From the sequence record PQ615101: a stretch of DNA of 64,000 nucleotides. The stretch is one strand, 5' to 3'. Source of the DNA: Shigella phage SP21535. The notes beneath the pieces are model-generated. The model made no database searches. It was not told where the DNA came from and was given only the letters and a program-made list of their open reading frames with translations. The translations under genes and the position numbers were made by a program. Shown piece after piece: positions 1 to 9,645 of this stretch (the stretch's first letter is position 1; every line of letters starts with the position of its first letter).

Positions 1-153
1 AAATGAAAGTAAATATTCTAACACCCATAAAAAGTTTTTAGACTTTTTATATCGTGCTGATATTAATGATCATTATATAGATATTCATGAATTTAAAAAG
101 ATGATGGAGAAAGTATTCCAAGCATACTGTTTACTTAGATAACTGATATCCTC

Positions 154-183
154 TATGCTTTAAGATAGATCTTCAAATATTAT
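154..183 (+). promoter_or_regulatory. candidate MotA-dependent middle promoter upstream of gene 55
   Basis: tatGCTTta MotA-box-like element followed by TATTAT about 18 nt downstream. Confidence 0.35.
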
Positions 184-220
184 GATATAATAGATCTATG
201 AATTGAGCTAAGAGGTGAAA

Positions 221-778
221 ATGTCAGAAACTAAGCCTAAATATAATTACGTAAACAATAAAGAGCTTTTACAAGCTATTATTGATTGGAAAACAGAATT
301 AGCAAATAATAAAGACCCAAATAAAGTAGTTCGTCAGAATGATACTATCGGATTAGCCATTATGCTTATTGCAGAAGGCTTATCTAAACGTTTCAACTTT
401 TCAGGATACACCCAGTCTTGGAAACAAGAAATGATTGCAGATGGTATAGAAGCTTCTATTAAGGGGCTTCATAATTTTGATGAAACGAAATATAAAAACC
501 CACATGCGTATATAACTCAAGCTTGTTTTAATGCATTCGTCCAGCGTATTAAAAAAGAACGTAAGGAAGTTGCAAAGAAATATAGTTACTTCGTTCACAA
601 TGTCTATGACAGCCGTGACGACGATATGGTTGCGTTAGTAGATGAAACTTTTATTCAAGACATCTACGATAAAATGACGCATTACGAAGAATCAACCTAT
701 AGAACACCGGGGGCTGAAAAGAAAAGTGTTGTAGACGATTCTCCTAGTTTGGATTTTTTATATGAGGCTAACGATTAA
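221..778 (+). CDS. 55: late-transcription sigma factor gp55
   Basis: Translation [23 protein letters not shown]... matches T4 gp55 as I recall it; ATG at 221 preceded by AAGAGGTGAAA. Confidence 0.9.
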
Positions 779-980
779 CCTCTCCGGATTCTTGGAAGAA
801 ATACCTGAAGTTGAAGCTATTCCCTATTTACTTAAAATGTATCTCAGGGAAGTTTTAGCTCTTGACATTGATATTGATCCAGAAAATCCGTATGATACCG
901 CTTTTAAATCTAATGGTGTAGAATTAAACTATCGGTATCATTTAACAGATGATGATTTTTATTTTATATTAGAGAAATAA
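762..980 (+). CDS. hypothetical small protein
   Basis: ORF in gene-dense early region, overlaps end of gene 55; start uncertain. Confidence 0.3.
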
Positions 981-981
981 T

Positions 982-1299
982 ATGACTGATAAACCCGAAA
1001 TTAATGATGAAGTGGAAAAGCTTATTTCTTCTATTGAAGAAAAGAACCGTCTTGAAGCAGAAAGAAAAGCAAATAAGTTATTGTCTAAAAACAAACGCGA
1101 ACTGAATCGTCTTTATAAGCATGCTCAGATTGCGGCTGAAAATAATAATTTTGCTCAATACGAATATGCTATCAAGAAAAGTCGGGATATTCTAAAACAG
1201 CCATATAACGATGAACTCATCAGTATTCTTTGGAAGACTACTAGATCGCAAATTGAGGATATGATTGATGCTTACACACGTAAAATTCAAGCGTCTTAA
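982..1299 (+). CDS. hypothetical protein (charged, helical)
   Basis: 105-codon ORF, same strand as flanking early genes. Confidence 0.45.
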   Translation: MTDKPEINDEVEKLISSIEEKNRLEAERKANKLLSKNKRELNRLYKHAQIAAENNNFAQYEYAIKKSRDILKQPYNDELISILWKTTRSQIEDMIDAYTRKIQAS

Positions 1300-1471
1300 A
1301 ATTAATGCAGGATTTACTGAATCTTTGAATGGTCATCTTTGTGTGAAAATTTCTGAAAAAGAATACCATGATAGTTCAATTAAAGAAGTTAATCCTCCTA
1401 TTGTAAGAGCAGACCCTAATATGAAAGTGTGGGTTGATTCTTATCAAGTCAAAAAATGGTGGCAACTGTGA
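1268..1471 (+). CDS. hypothetical small protein
   Basis: ORF with GAGGA 8 nt upstream of ATG 1268; overlaps previous ORF. Confidence 0.3.
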   Translation: MLTHVKFKRLKINAGFTESLNGHLCVKISEKEYHDSSIKEVNPPIVRADPNMKVWVDSYQVKKWWQL

Positions 1472-1474
1472 AAG

Positions 1475-1645
1475 ATGAACACCCAGACTTCTGAAAATTT
1501 CGATAAAATCCGTAAAGGCAAAGCAGAAAGAATGAGACGTTTTAAAGAGTCTTATGATAAAGCTAAAGCCGAAGGAACTATTACGTACAAGCCCATTCGA
1601 TTTAAAAGTTCAAATGAGCCTCTGTATGACGTATTATGTGGATAG
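1475..1645 (+). CDS. hypothetical small protein (56 aa)
   Basis: ATG 1475 to TAG 1645, below ORF-track cut-off; followed by UUCG hairpin. Confidence 0.3.
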   Translation: MNTQTSENFDKIRKGKAERMRRFKESYDKAKAEGTITYKPIRFKSSNEPLYDVLCG

Positions 1646-1711
1646 GAGCTTCGGCTCCTATATTGCTTTATAAATTTTTGGTAAAATAAACCAAAACAAA
1701 GAGGATATTAA

Positions 1712-2914
1712 ATGAAAGTATGTATTTTTATGGCTCGAGGTCTTGAAGGTTGTGGTGTAACAAAATTCTCACTCGAGCAACGTGATTGGTTTATTAAAAA
1801 TGGTCATGAAGTGACTTTGGTTTATGCTAAAGATAAATCATTTACTCGTAATTGCGCGCATGATTATAAATCATTTTCAATTCCAGTTTTATTGGCAAAA
1901 GAATACGATAAAACACTTAAGCTGGTAAATGATTGTGATATTCTAATTATCAATTCAGTTCCTGCTACTTCGGTTGAAGAAGACACTATTAATAACTATA
2001 AAAAAATTATTGATAACATTAAACCTTCTGTTCGTGTTGTAGTTTATCAACATGACCATTCTTCTCTTTCTTTACGCCGAAATTTGGGATTAGAAGAAAC
2101 TGTTCGTCGAGCTGATGTTATTTTTAGTCATTCTGACAATGGTGATTTTAATAAAGTTTTAATGAAAGAATGGTATCCAGAAACAGTTTCTCTGTTTGAT
2201 GATATTGAAGAAGCACCGACAGTATATAACTTTCAGCCTCCTATGGATATTGCGAAGGTTCGATCAACCTACTGGAAAGATGTTTCTGAAATTAACATGA
2301 ATATCAACCGTTGGATTGGTCGTACGACTACATGGAAAGGCTTTTATCAGATGTTTGATTTTCATGAAAAACATCTTAAACCTGCAGGACTAAGTACTAT
2401 TATGGAAGGTCTGGAACGTTCTCCAGCGTTCATTCCTATTAAAGAAAAAGGAATTCCATACGAGTATTATCGTCTTCATCAAGTAGACCAAATTAAAATT
2501 GCTCCTAATTTGCCAACGCAAATTCTCGACCGTTATGTAAATAGCGAAATGCTTGAACGCATGAGTAAATCCGGATTTGGTTATCAGCTGAGTAAATTAG
2601 ATAAAAAATATCTACAACGTTCTTTAGAATATACTCATCTCGAGCTTGGTGCATGCGGAACAATTCCAGTATTTTGGAAATCTACGGGCGAAAATTTGAA
2701 ATTCCGTGTTGATAACACTCCGTTAATTTCTCATGATAGCGGTATCGTTTGGTTTGATGAAAATGACATGGAATCAACATTTGAACGTATTAAAGAACTG
2801 TCATCTGACCGAGCTCTTTATGACCGTGAACGCGAAAAAGCTTATGAATTTTTGTATCAGCATCAAGATTCAAGCTTCTGCTTTAAAGAACAGTTTGACA
2901 TTATTACAAAATAA
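1712..2914 (+). CDS. agt: DNA alpha-glucosyltransferase
   Basis: 400-aa product near-identical over its length to T4 alpha-gt as recalled (MKVCIFMARGLEGCGVTKF...EQFDIITK). Confidence 0.9.
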   Translation: MKVCIFMARGLEGCGVTKFSLEQRDWFIKNGHEVTLVYAKDKSFTRNCAHDYKSFSIPVLLAKEYDKTLKLVNDCDILIINSVPATSVEEDTINNYKKIIDNIKPSVRVVVYQHDHSSLSLRRNLGLEETVRRADVIFSHSDNGDFNKVLMKEWYPETVSLFDDIEEAPTVYNFQPPMDIAKVRSTYWKDVSEINMNINRWIGRTTTWKGFYQMFDFHEKHLKPAGLSTIMEGLERSPAFIPIKEKGIPYEYYRLHQVDQIKIAPNLPTQILDRYVNSEMLERMSKSGFGYQLSKLDKKYLQRSLEYTHLELGACGTIPVFWKSTGENLKFRVDNTPLISHDSGIVWFDENDMESTFERIKELSSDRALYDREREKAYEFLYQHQDSSFCFKEQFDIITK

Positions 2915-2933
2915 AGGGCTTCGGCCCTTTAGC
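2914..2933 (+). terminator. UUCG-tetraloop hairpin terminator after agt
   Basis: AAGGGC-TTCG-GCCCTT followed by TT. Confidence 0.55.
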
Positions 2934-2953
2934 TTTATACGGAGTTTGATATA

Positions 2954-3094
2954 ATGATATTTCTTGGATATGTGATACTTTTTCTTGCATTTTATCTATT
3001 CACTAGAGCATGCTGGATTGGGTTCTTTAGCACTTCAGATGGATTTATTTCAATAATTTTATTTTGCATTTCAATGACGGTTCTTGATATATGA
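2954..3094 (+). CDS. small hydrophobic protein (46 aa)
   Basis: ATG 2954; hydrophobic MIFLGYVILFLAFYLF...; stop overlaps gene 47 start (ATGA). Confidence 0.3.
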   Translation: MIFLGYVILFLAFYLFTRACWIGFFSTSDGFISIILFCISMTVLDI

Positions 3095-4110
3095 AAATTT
3101 TAAATTTAGGTGATTGGCATTTAGGCGTTAAAGCTGATGATGAATGGATTCGCGGTATTCAAATTGATGGAATTAAACAAGCAATAGAATATTCTAAGAA
3201 AAATGGAATTACTACCTGGATTCAATACGGTGATATTTTTGATGTACGAAAAGCGATCACGCATAAAACTATGGAGTTTGCTCGTGAAATAGTTCAAATG
3301 CTTGATGACGTTGGAATCACATTACATACTATTGTAGGAAATCACGATCTCCACTATAAAAATGTAATGCATCCAAATGCCTCTACTGAGCTTTTGGCTA
3401 AATATCCTAATGTTAAAGTATATGATAAGCCTACTACAGTAGATTTTGACGGATGTTTGATTGATTTAATTCCTTGGATGTGCGAAGAAAATACTGGTGA
3501 AATTCTTGAACACATCAAAACTTCATCTGCTTCTTTTTGTGTTGGTCACTGGGAGTTGAATGGATTTTATTTTTATAAAGGAATGAAATCTCACGGTCTT
3601 GAACCTGATTTCCTTAAGACTTATAAAGAGGTGTGGTCTGGTCACTTCCATACTATCTCTGAGGCTGCTAACGTCAGATATATTGGGACACCATGGACAC
3701 TAACTGCAGGTGACGAGAATGACCCTCGCGGGTTCTGGATGTTTGATACAGAAACAGAACGAATGGAATTTATTCCAAACAACACTACCTGGCATCGTCG
3801 AATTCAATATCCATTTAAGGGAAAAATTGACTATAAAGATTTTACAAATCTGTCAGTACGTGTTATAGTAACTGAGGTAGACAAAAATCTGACGAAGTTC
3901 GAATCTGAACTAGAAAAAGTTGTGCATTCATTACGAGTTGTGTCAAAGATTGATAACTCTGTCGAGTCAGATGATAGTGAAGAAGTTGAAGTTCAATCTC
4001 TTCAGACGTTGATGGAAGAATACATTAATGCAATTCCAGACATCACTGATTCTGATCGCGAAGCACTTATTCAATATGCAAATCAGTTATATGTAGAGGC
4101 AACACAATGA
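3091..4110 (+). CDS. 47: recombination endonuclease subunit gp47 (Mre11/SbcD-like)
   Basis: MKILNLGDWHLGVKADDEW... phosphoesterase motifs (GDxHL, GNHD); position between agt and 46. Confidence 0.9.
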   Translation: MKILNLGDWHLGVKADDEWIRGIQIDGIKQAIEYSKKNGITTWIQYGDIFDVRKAITHKTMEFAREIVQMLDDVGITLHTIVGNHDLHYKNVMHPNASTELLAKYPNVKVYDKPTTVDFDGCLIDLIPWMCEENTGEILEHIKTSSASFCVGHWELNGFYFYKGMKSHGLEPDFLKTYKEVWSGHFHTISEAANVRYIGTPWTLTAGDENDPRGFWMFDTETERMEFIPNNTTWHRRIQYPFKGKIDYKDFTNLSVRVIVTEVDKNLTKFESELEKVVHSLRVVSKIDNSVESDDSEEVEVQSLQTLMEEYINAIPDITDSDREALIQYANQLYVEATQ

Positions 4111-4370
4111 CTTTTGATGAATTTAAAAATGTTATGATGAGTCAGCATTTTGAATGTGAAGTAAAAGATGATATTGGGCATAAAGAAATTATTGAATATT
4201 GGTTTGAACCCCTAGAGGTTGAAGATAATTGTATTAAAAAGGTTACGGTATGCACTGACTGGGCTGTATCTTTTAACTTCAACATTTTAGATAATGACAC
4301 GCCTAAATCATTGCGAGATATGGCTGTATCTTGTATTAAGGATGCATACTGTGAAGTTTTCGACATTTGA
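4107..4370 (+). CDS. hypothetical protein
   Basis: ORF translationally coupled to gene 47 stop. Confidence 0.45.
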   Translation: MTFDEFKNVMMSQHFECEVKDDIGHKEIIEYWFEPLEVEDNCIKKVTVCTDWAVSFNFNILDNDTPKSLRDMAVSCIKDAYCEVFDI

Positions 4371-4557
4371 CATTAACGATGAATTCATAGCAAATATTGA
4401 TTACACCGAAGAAGATTCTAGATATGTTGGAATAATTTATATCACATCAAAAGCAGCGCAAGGTGTTGTTTGCATGGCTGAATTTGATGAATACTTTTTA
4501 GATTATGATGATATGATAGAATGGTCTAAAAGATACATTAAAAGGAATCTTTTGTGA
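4342..4557 (+). CDS. hypothetical protein
   Basis: ATG 4342 with TAAGGA upstream; stop overlaps gene 46 start. Confidence 0.4.
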   Translation: MHTVKFSTFDINDEFIANIDYTEEDSRYVGIIYITSKAAQGVVCMAEFDEYFLDYDDMIEWSKRYIKRNLL

Positions 4558-6236
4558 AGAATTTTAAACTTAATAGAGTAAAATATAAAAATATAATGTC
4601 AGTTGGTCAAAATGGGATTGACATTCAATTAGATAAGGTTCAAAAAACTCTTATTACTGGACGAAATGGCGGTGGTAAGTCTACTATGTTAGAAGCCATC
4701 ACATTCGGGCTTTTTGGCAAGCCATTCCGTGATGTAAAGAAAGGTCAATTAATAAACAGCACAAATAAGAAAGAACTTTTAGTTGAACTGTGGATGGAAT
4801 ATGATGAGAAAAAGTACTATATCAAAAGAGGACAAAAACCAAACGTTTTCGAAATCACCGTTAACGGTACACGTCTTAATGAATCTGCCAGCAGTAAAGA
4901 TTTCCAAGCAGAATTTGAACAGCTTATCGGAATGTCATATGCCAGTTTCAAGCAGATTGTTGTCCTTGGTACAGCAGGGTATACCCCTTTCATGGGCCTG
5001 TCGACCCCTGCGCGAAGAAAGCTTGTGGAAGACCTGCTCGAAGTAGGAACATTAGCTGAAATGGATAAGCTTAATAAAGCACTAATACGTGAATTAAATT
5101 CGCAGAACCAAGTGCTTGATGTTAAAAAAGATAGTATTATCCAACAAATTAAAATATATAATGATAACGTTGAACGCCAGAAAAAATTAACTGGTGACAA
5201 CCTTACTCGTCTACAAAATATGTATGATGATTTGGCAAAAGAAGCTAGAACGCTAAAATCGGAAATAGAAGAAGCTAATGAAAGATTAGTTAATATTGTT
5301 TTAGACGAAGACCCGACTGATGCATTTAATAAAATCGGTCAAGAAGCAGTTTTAATTAAATCAAAAATTGACTCGTATAATAAAGTCATTAATATGTATC
5401 ACGAAGGTGGATTATGTCCAACCTGCTTGTCACAATTAAGTTCCGGTGATAAAGTTGTTTCTAAAATTAAAGATAAAGTTTCTGAATGTACGCATTCGTT
5501 TGAACAGCTTTCAACACATCGTGATAATTTAAAAGTTCTTGTTGATGAATACCGAGATAATATTAAAACCCAACAGTCGTTGGCAAATGATATTCGCAAT
5601 AAAAAGCAATCTCTAATCACGACGGTAGATAAAGCCAAAAAAGTTAAAGCAGCTATAGAAAAAGCATCTTCTGAGTTTATTGACCATGCTGATGAAATAG
5701 CACTGCTTCAAGAAGAACTTGATAAAATTGTTAAGACAAAAACTAATTTAGTAATGGAAAAATACCACCGAGGAATTTTGACTGATATGCTCAAAGATTC
5801 TGGTATTAAAGGTGCTATTATTAAAAAGTACATTCCATTATTTAATAAGCAGATTAACCATTATCTTAAAATAATGGAAGCGGATTATGTGTTTACATTA
5901 GATGAAGAATTTAATGAGACAATTAAATCCCGTGGTCGTGAAGATTTTAGTTATGCTTCATTTAGTGAAGGTGAAAAAGCACGAATTGATATTGCTCTTT
6001 TATTTACTTGGCGTGATATTGCTTCTATCGTATCTGGTGTTAGTATTAGTACATTAATTCTTGATGAAGTGTTTGATGGGTCATTTGATGCCGAAGGTAT
6101 TAAAGGCGTAGCTAATATTATAAATTCAATGAAAAATACTAATGTTTTTATAATTTCGCATAAAGACCATGACCCGCAAGAATATGGTCAGCATCTTCAA
6201 ATGAAGAAAGTTGGTCGGTTTACTGTAATGGTTTAA
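4554..6236 (+). CDS. 46: recombination endonuclease subunit gp46 (Rad50/SbcC-like ATPase)
   Basis: 560 aa; Walker A GRNGGGKST at N-terminus, coiled-coil middle, zinc hook CPTC, signature/Walker B at C-terminus. Confidence 0.9.
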   Translation: MKNFKLNRVKYKNIMSVGQNGIDIQLDKVQKTLITGRNGGGKSTMLEAITFGLFGKPFRDVKKGQLINSTNKKELLVELWMEYDEKKYYIKRGQKPNVFEITVNGTRLNESASSKDFQAEFEQLIGMSYASFKQIVVLGTAGYTPFMGLSTPARRKLVEDLLEVGTLAEMDKLNKALIRELNSQNQVLDVKKDSIIQQIKIYNDNVERQKKLTGDNLTRLQNMYDDLAKEARTLKSEIEEANERLVNIVLDEDPTDAFNKIGQEAVLIKSKIDSYNKVINMYHEGGLCPTCLSQLSSGDKVVSKIKDKVSECTHSFEQLSTHRDNLKVLVDEYRDNIKTQQSLANDIRNKKQSLITTVDKAKKVKAAIEKASSEFIDHADEIALLQEELDKIVKTKTNLVMEKYHRGILTDMLKDSGIKGAIIKKYIPLFNKQINHYLKIMEADYVFTLDEEFNETIKSRGREDFSYASFSEGEKARIDIALLFTWRDIASIVSGVSISTLILDEVFDGSFDAEGIKGVANIINSMKNTNVFIISHKDHDPQEYGQHLQMKKVGRFTVMV

Positions 6237-6291
6237 TTTATAAGAGATTATGCTTTAATTTATTAGAGTATAATCTCTATGGAGGAAAAAC

Positions 6292-6480
6292 ATGGAATAT
6301 TCAACTGGACAGCATCTATTAACTATTCCTGAAATAAAACGATATATTCTGAGAAATAATTTTTCTAATGAAGAGCATATAGTTACTGAATCTATGCTTA
6401 AGAATGCATTTAAATCAGAATATACGAAAATAATGTCCAACAGAAATGAAGCTTGGACTGTTACTGATTATTATGACTAA
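6292..6480 (+). CDS. hypothetical small protein
   Basis: 62-codon ORF with strong RBS GGAGGAAAAAC before ATG. Confidence 0.5.
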   Translation: MEYSTGQHLLTIPEIKRYILRNNFSNEEHIVTESMLKNAFKSEYTKIMSNRNEAWTVTDYYD

Positions 6481-6489
6481 AGGTGTATT

Positions 6490-6879
6490 ATGACTAAAAT
6501 TACTGTGAATTATACTGTTGATGTAAAAGATATTCAGCCAAAACACGTGCGTTCTGATTCAAATCCACAAAACCAAAATAAAATTCGTCGAGCATGGGTT
6601 TTGTCTCTTTCTGATAACGCAATGGAAGTTATTCAGAACAAAATTAAATCTGCACCTGCTCGTCATGTGTATTATGAAGCTATCGATCGTGAAGTAAGTA
6701 ATAAATGGATTGAACTAATGCGCAAACATACTACAGAATCCCTAAACGCCGGTGCTAAATTTATTATGACTTCATGTGGTGAACGCCTTGAAGATGAATA
6801 TTGCGGTAATGCAGATGAACGTCTAATTGTTGCTGCTCAACTTGTTGCGGAAACAATTGCGGCTGATTTTAATCGTTAA
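6490..6879 (+). CDS. rpbA: RNA polymerase-binding protein RpbA
   Basis: 129-aa ORF immediately upstream of gene 45, as in T4. Confidence 0.6.
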   Translation: MTKITVNYTVDVKDIQPKHVRSDSNPQNQNKIRRAWVLSLSDNAMEVIQNKIKSAPARHVYYEAIDREVSNKWIELMRKHTTESLNAGAKFIMTSCGERLEDEYCGNADERLIVAAQLVAETIAADFNR

Positions 6880-6905
6880 TTGCTTTATTAAATTAGTTAT
6901 AAAAT
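6878..6905 (+). promoter_or_regulatory. candidate MotA-dependent middle promoter for gene 45
   Basis: aatTGCTTtA MotA box with TAAAAT about 18 nt downstream of the box G. Confidence 0.5.
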
Positions 6906-6934
6906 TAAATCTCATTTGAATTGAAGGAAATTAC

Positions 6935-7621
6935 ATGAAACTGTCTAAAGATACGCTGAATATTTTGAAAAATTTCGCTACTATTAACTCCGGTATTATG
7001 CTTAAATCTGGTCAATTTATTATGACTCGCGCGGTTAATGGTACCACTTATGCGGAAGCAAATATTTCTGACGTTATTGATTTTGATGTAGCGATTTACG
7101 ATTTGAACGGTTTTCTCGGTATTCTGTCTCTAGTTAATGATGATGCAGAAATTTCCCAGTCAGAAGATGGTAATATTAAAATTGCTGATGCTCGCTCAAC
7201 AATTTTTTGGCCAGCAGCCGATCCGAGTACAGTAGTTGCTCCTAATAAACCAATTCCATTCCCGGTAGCATCTGTTGTTACTGAAATTAAAGCTGAAGAC
7301 CTTCAACAGCTGTTGCGTGTATCTCGTGGTCTGCAGATTGATACAATTGCTATCACAGTAAAAGAAGGTAAAATCGTAATTAATGGTTTTAATAAAGTGG
7401 AAGATTCTGCTTTGACTCGTGTTAAATATTCTTTGACTCTTGGTGATTATGATGGTGAAAATACATTTAATTTCATTATCAATATGGCAAATATGAAAAT
7501 GCAACCAGGAAATTATAAACTTCTGCTCTGGGCAAAAGGTAAACAAGGTGCTGCTAAATTTGAAGGTGAACACGCGAATTATGTAGTAGCTCTTGAAGCT
7601 GATTCTACCCACGATTTTTAA
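6935..7621 (+). CDS. 45: sliding clamp gp45
   Basis: 228-aa product MKLSKDTLNILKNFATINSGIMLKSGQF... recognised as T4 gp45. Confidence 0.95.
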   Translation: MKLSKDTLNILKNFATINSGIMLKSGQFIMTRAVNGTTYAEANISDVIDFDVAIYDLNGFLGILSLVNDDAEISQSEDGNIKIADARSTIFWPAADPSTVVAPNKPIPFPVASVVTEIKAEDLQQLLRVSRGLQIDTIAITVKEGKIVINGFNKVEDSALTRVKYSLTLGDYDGENTFNFIINMANMKMQPGNYKLLLWAKGKQGAAKFEGEHANYVVALEADSTHDF

Positions 7622-7623
7622 TA

Positions 7624-7643
7624 GAGGGCTTCGGCCCTTTATA
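7624..7643 (+). terminator. UUCG-tetraloop hairpin terminator after gene 45
   Basis: GAGGGC-TTCG-GCCCTTT. Confidence 0.55.
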
Positions 7644-7672
7644 ATTTACACTAAAACTTGAATGAGGAAATT

Positions 7673-8632
7673 ATGATTACTGTAAATGAAAAAGAACACA
7701 TTCTTGAACAGAAATATCGTCCATCTACTATCGATGAATGTATTCTTCCCGCCTTTGATAAAGAAACCTTTAAATCTATTACAAGTAAAGGTAAAATTCC
7801 ACATATTATTCTTCATTCTCCTTCTCCAGGAACAGGTAAAACAACCGTAGCAAAAGCATTATGTCATGATGTAAATGCTGATATGATGTTTGTGAATGGG
7901 TCAGATTGTAAAATTGATTTCGTTCGCGGTCCTTTGACTAATTTTGCTAGTGCAGCTTCATTTGATGGTCGTCAAAAAGTAATTGTTATTGATGAATTTG
8001 ACCGTTCAGGGTTAGCAGAGTCTCAGCGACATCTTCGTTCCTTTATGGAAGCTTATAGTTCAAACTGTAGTATTATTATTACTGCTAACAATATTGATGG
8101 TATTATTAAACCGCTTCAGTCACGCTGCCGAGTTATTACGTTCGGTCAACCGACCGATGAAGATAAAATTGAAATGATGAAGCAGATGATTCGTCGATTG
8201 ACTGAAATCTGTAAGCATGAAGGAATTGCTATAGCTGATATGAAAGTTGTAGCAGCTTTGGTTAAAAAGAATTTTCCTGATTTTCGTAAAACTATTGGCG
8301 AGCTCGATAGTTATTCATCTAAAGGTGTTTTGGATGCTGGTATTTTATCACTGGTTACTAACGATCGTGGTGCTATTGATGATGTTCTTGAGTCTCTCAA
8401 AAATAAAGATGTTAAACAACTCAGAGCTTTAGCACCAAAATATGCGGCTGATTATTCGTGGTTCGTTGGTAAACTTGCCGAAGAAATTTATACACGCGTA
8501 ACTCCACAAAGTATTATTCGTATGTATGAAATTGTTGGTGAAAATAACCAGTATCATGGAATTGCGGCTAATACGGAATTACATTTAGCATATCTTTTCA
8601 TTCAATTGGCATGTGAAATGCAGTGGAAGTGA
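7673..8632 (+). CDS. 44: clamp loader large subunit gp44 (AAA+)
   Basis: [17 protein letters not shown]...; Walker A GTGKTT; RBS GAGGAAA before ATG 7673. Confidence 0.9.
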   Translation: MITVNEKEHILEQKYRPSTIDECILPAFDKETFKSITSKGKIPHIILHSPSPGTGKTTVAKALCHDVNADMMFVNGSDCKIDFVRGPLTNFASAASFDGRQKVIVIDEFDRSGLAESQRHLRSFMEAYSSNCSIIITANNIDGIIKPLQSRCRVITFGQPTDEDKIEMMKQMIRRLTEICKHEGIAIADMKVVAALVKKNFPDFRKTIGELDSYSSKGVLDAGILSLVTNDRGAIDDVLESLKNKDVKQLRALAPKYAADYSWFVGKLAEEIYTRVTPQSIIRMYEIVGENNQYHGIAANTELHLAYLFIQLACEMQWK

Positions 8633-8633
8633 T

Positions 8634-9197
8634 ATGAGCTTATTTGAAGATGATATTCAATTAAACGAGCATCAAGTTGCTTGGTATTCTAAAGATTGGA
8701 CAGCTGTCCAATCCGCTGCTGATTCTTTTAAAGAAAAAGCTGAAAATGAGTTTTTTGAAATAATTGGAGCTATTAATAATAAAACTAAATGCTCTATTGC
8801 TCAAAAAGATTATTCAAAATACATGGTTGAGAATGCATTATCACAATTTCCTGAATGCATGCCAGCTGTATATGCTATGAATTTAATTGGATCAGGTTTA
8901 AGCGATGAAGCCCATTTTAATTATCTGATGGCTGCTGTTCCTCGGGGTAAAAGATATGGTAAATGGGCAAAACTGGTCGAAGATTCTACCGAAGTATTGA
9001 TTATTAAGTTACTTGCTAAGCGGTATCAAGTTAATACAAATGATGCAATTAACTATAAATCAATTCTTACTAAAAATGGAAAACTTCCTTTAGTATTAAA
9101 AGAACTAAAAGGTTTAGTCACGGATGATTTTTTGAAAGAAGTGACTAAGAACGTAAAAGAACAGAAACAACTTAAAAAACTAGCATTGGAATGGTAA
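8634..9197 (+). CDS. 62: clamp loader small subunit gp62
   Basis: [22 protein letters not shown]...; 187 aa; start overlaps gene 44 stop. Confidence 0.9.
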   Translation: MSLFEDDIQLNEHQVAWYSKDWTAVQSAADSFKEKAENEFFEIIGAINNKTKCSIAQKDYSKYMVENALSQFPECMPAVYAMNLIGSGLSDEAHFNYLMAAVPRGKRYGKWAKLVEDSTEVLIIKLLAKRYQVNTNDAINYKSILTKNGKLPLVLKELKGLVTDDFLKEVTKNVKEQKQLKKLALEW

Positions 9198-9198
9198 A

Positions 9199-9567
9199 AT
9201 GATTGAAATTACTCTTAAAAAACCTGAAGATTTTCTGAAAGTAAAAGAAACTTTGACTCGTATGGGAATTGCTAATAATAAAGATAAAGTTCTGTATCAG
9301 TCCTGCCACATTCTTCAGAAAAAAGGACTATACTATATCGTTCATTTTAAAGAAATGCTTCGTATGGATGGTCGTCAAGTTGAAATGACAGAAGAAGATG
9401 AAGTTCGTCGTGATTCGATTGCATGGCTGTTAGAAGATTGGGGACTGATTGAAATCGTTCCTGGTCAAAGAACTTTTATGAAAGATTTAACTAATAACTT
9501 CCGAGTTATTTCTTTTAAACAAAAACACGAATGGAAACTCGTTCCTAAATATACGATTGGTAATTAA
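9199..9567 (+). CDS. regA: translational repressor RegA
   Basis: 122-aa product MIEITLKKPEDFLKVKETLTRMGIANN... Confidence 0.85.
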   Translation: MIEITLKKPEDFLKVKETLTRMGIANNKDKVLYQSCHILQKKGLYYIVHFKEMLRMDGRQVEMTEEDEVRRDSIAWLLEDWGLIEIVPGQRTFMKDLTNNFRVISFKQKHEWKLVPKYTIGN

Positions 9568-9569
9568 GC

Positions 9570-9593
9570 AAGGGGCTTCGGCCCCTTATTTGG
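9570..9593 (+). terminator. UUCG-tetraloop hairpin terminator after regA
   Basis: AAGGGGC-TTCG-GCCCCTT + TT. Confidence 0.55.
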
Positions 9594-9645
9594 AGTATAA
9601 TATATCAAGAGCCTAATAACTCGGGCTATAAACTAAGGAATATCT

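Noticed and set aside
401-598. Minus-strand ORF inside gene 55
   Set aside because: Antisense to a confidently called gene; no RBS.
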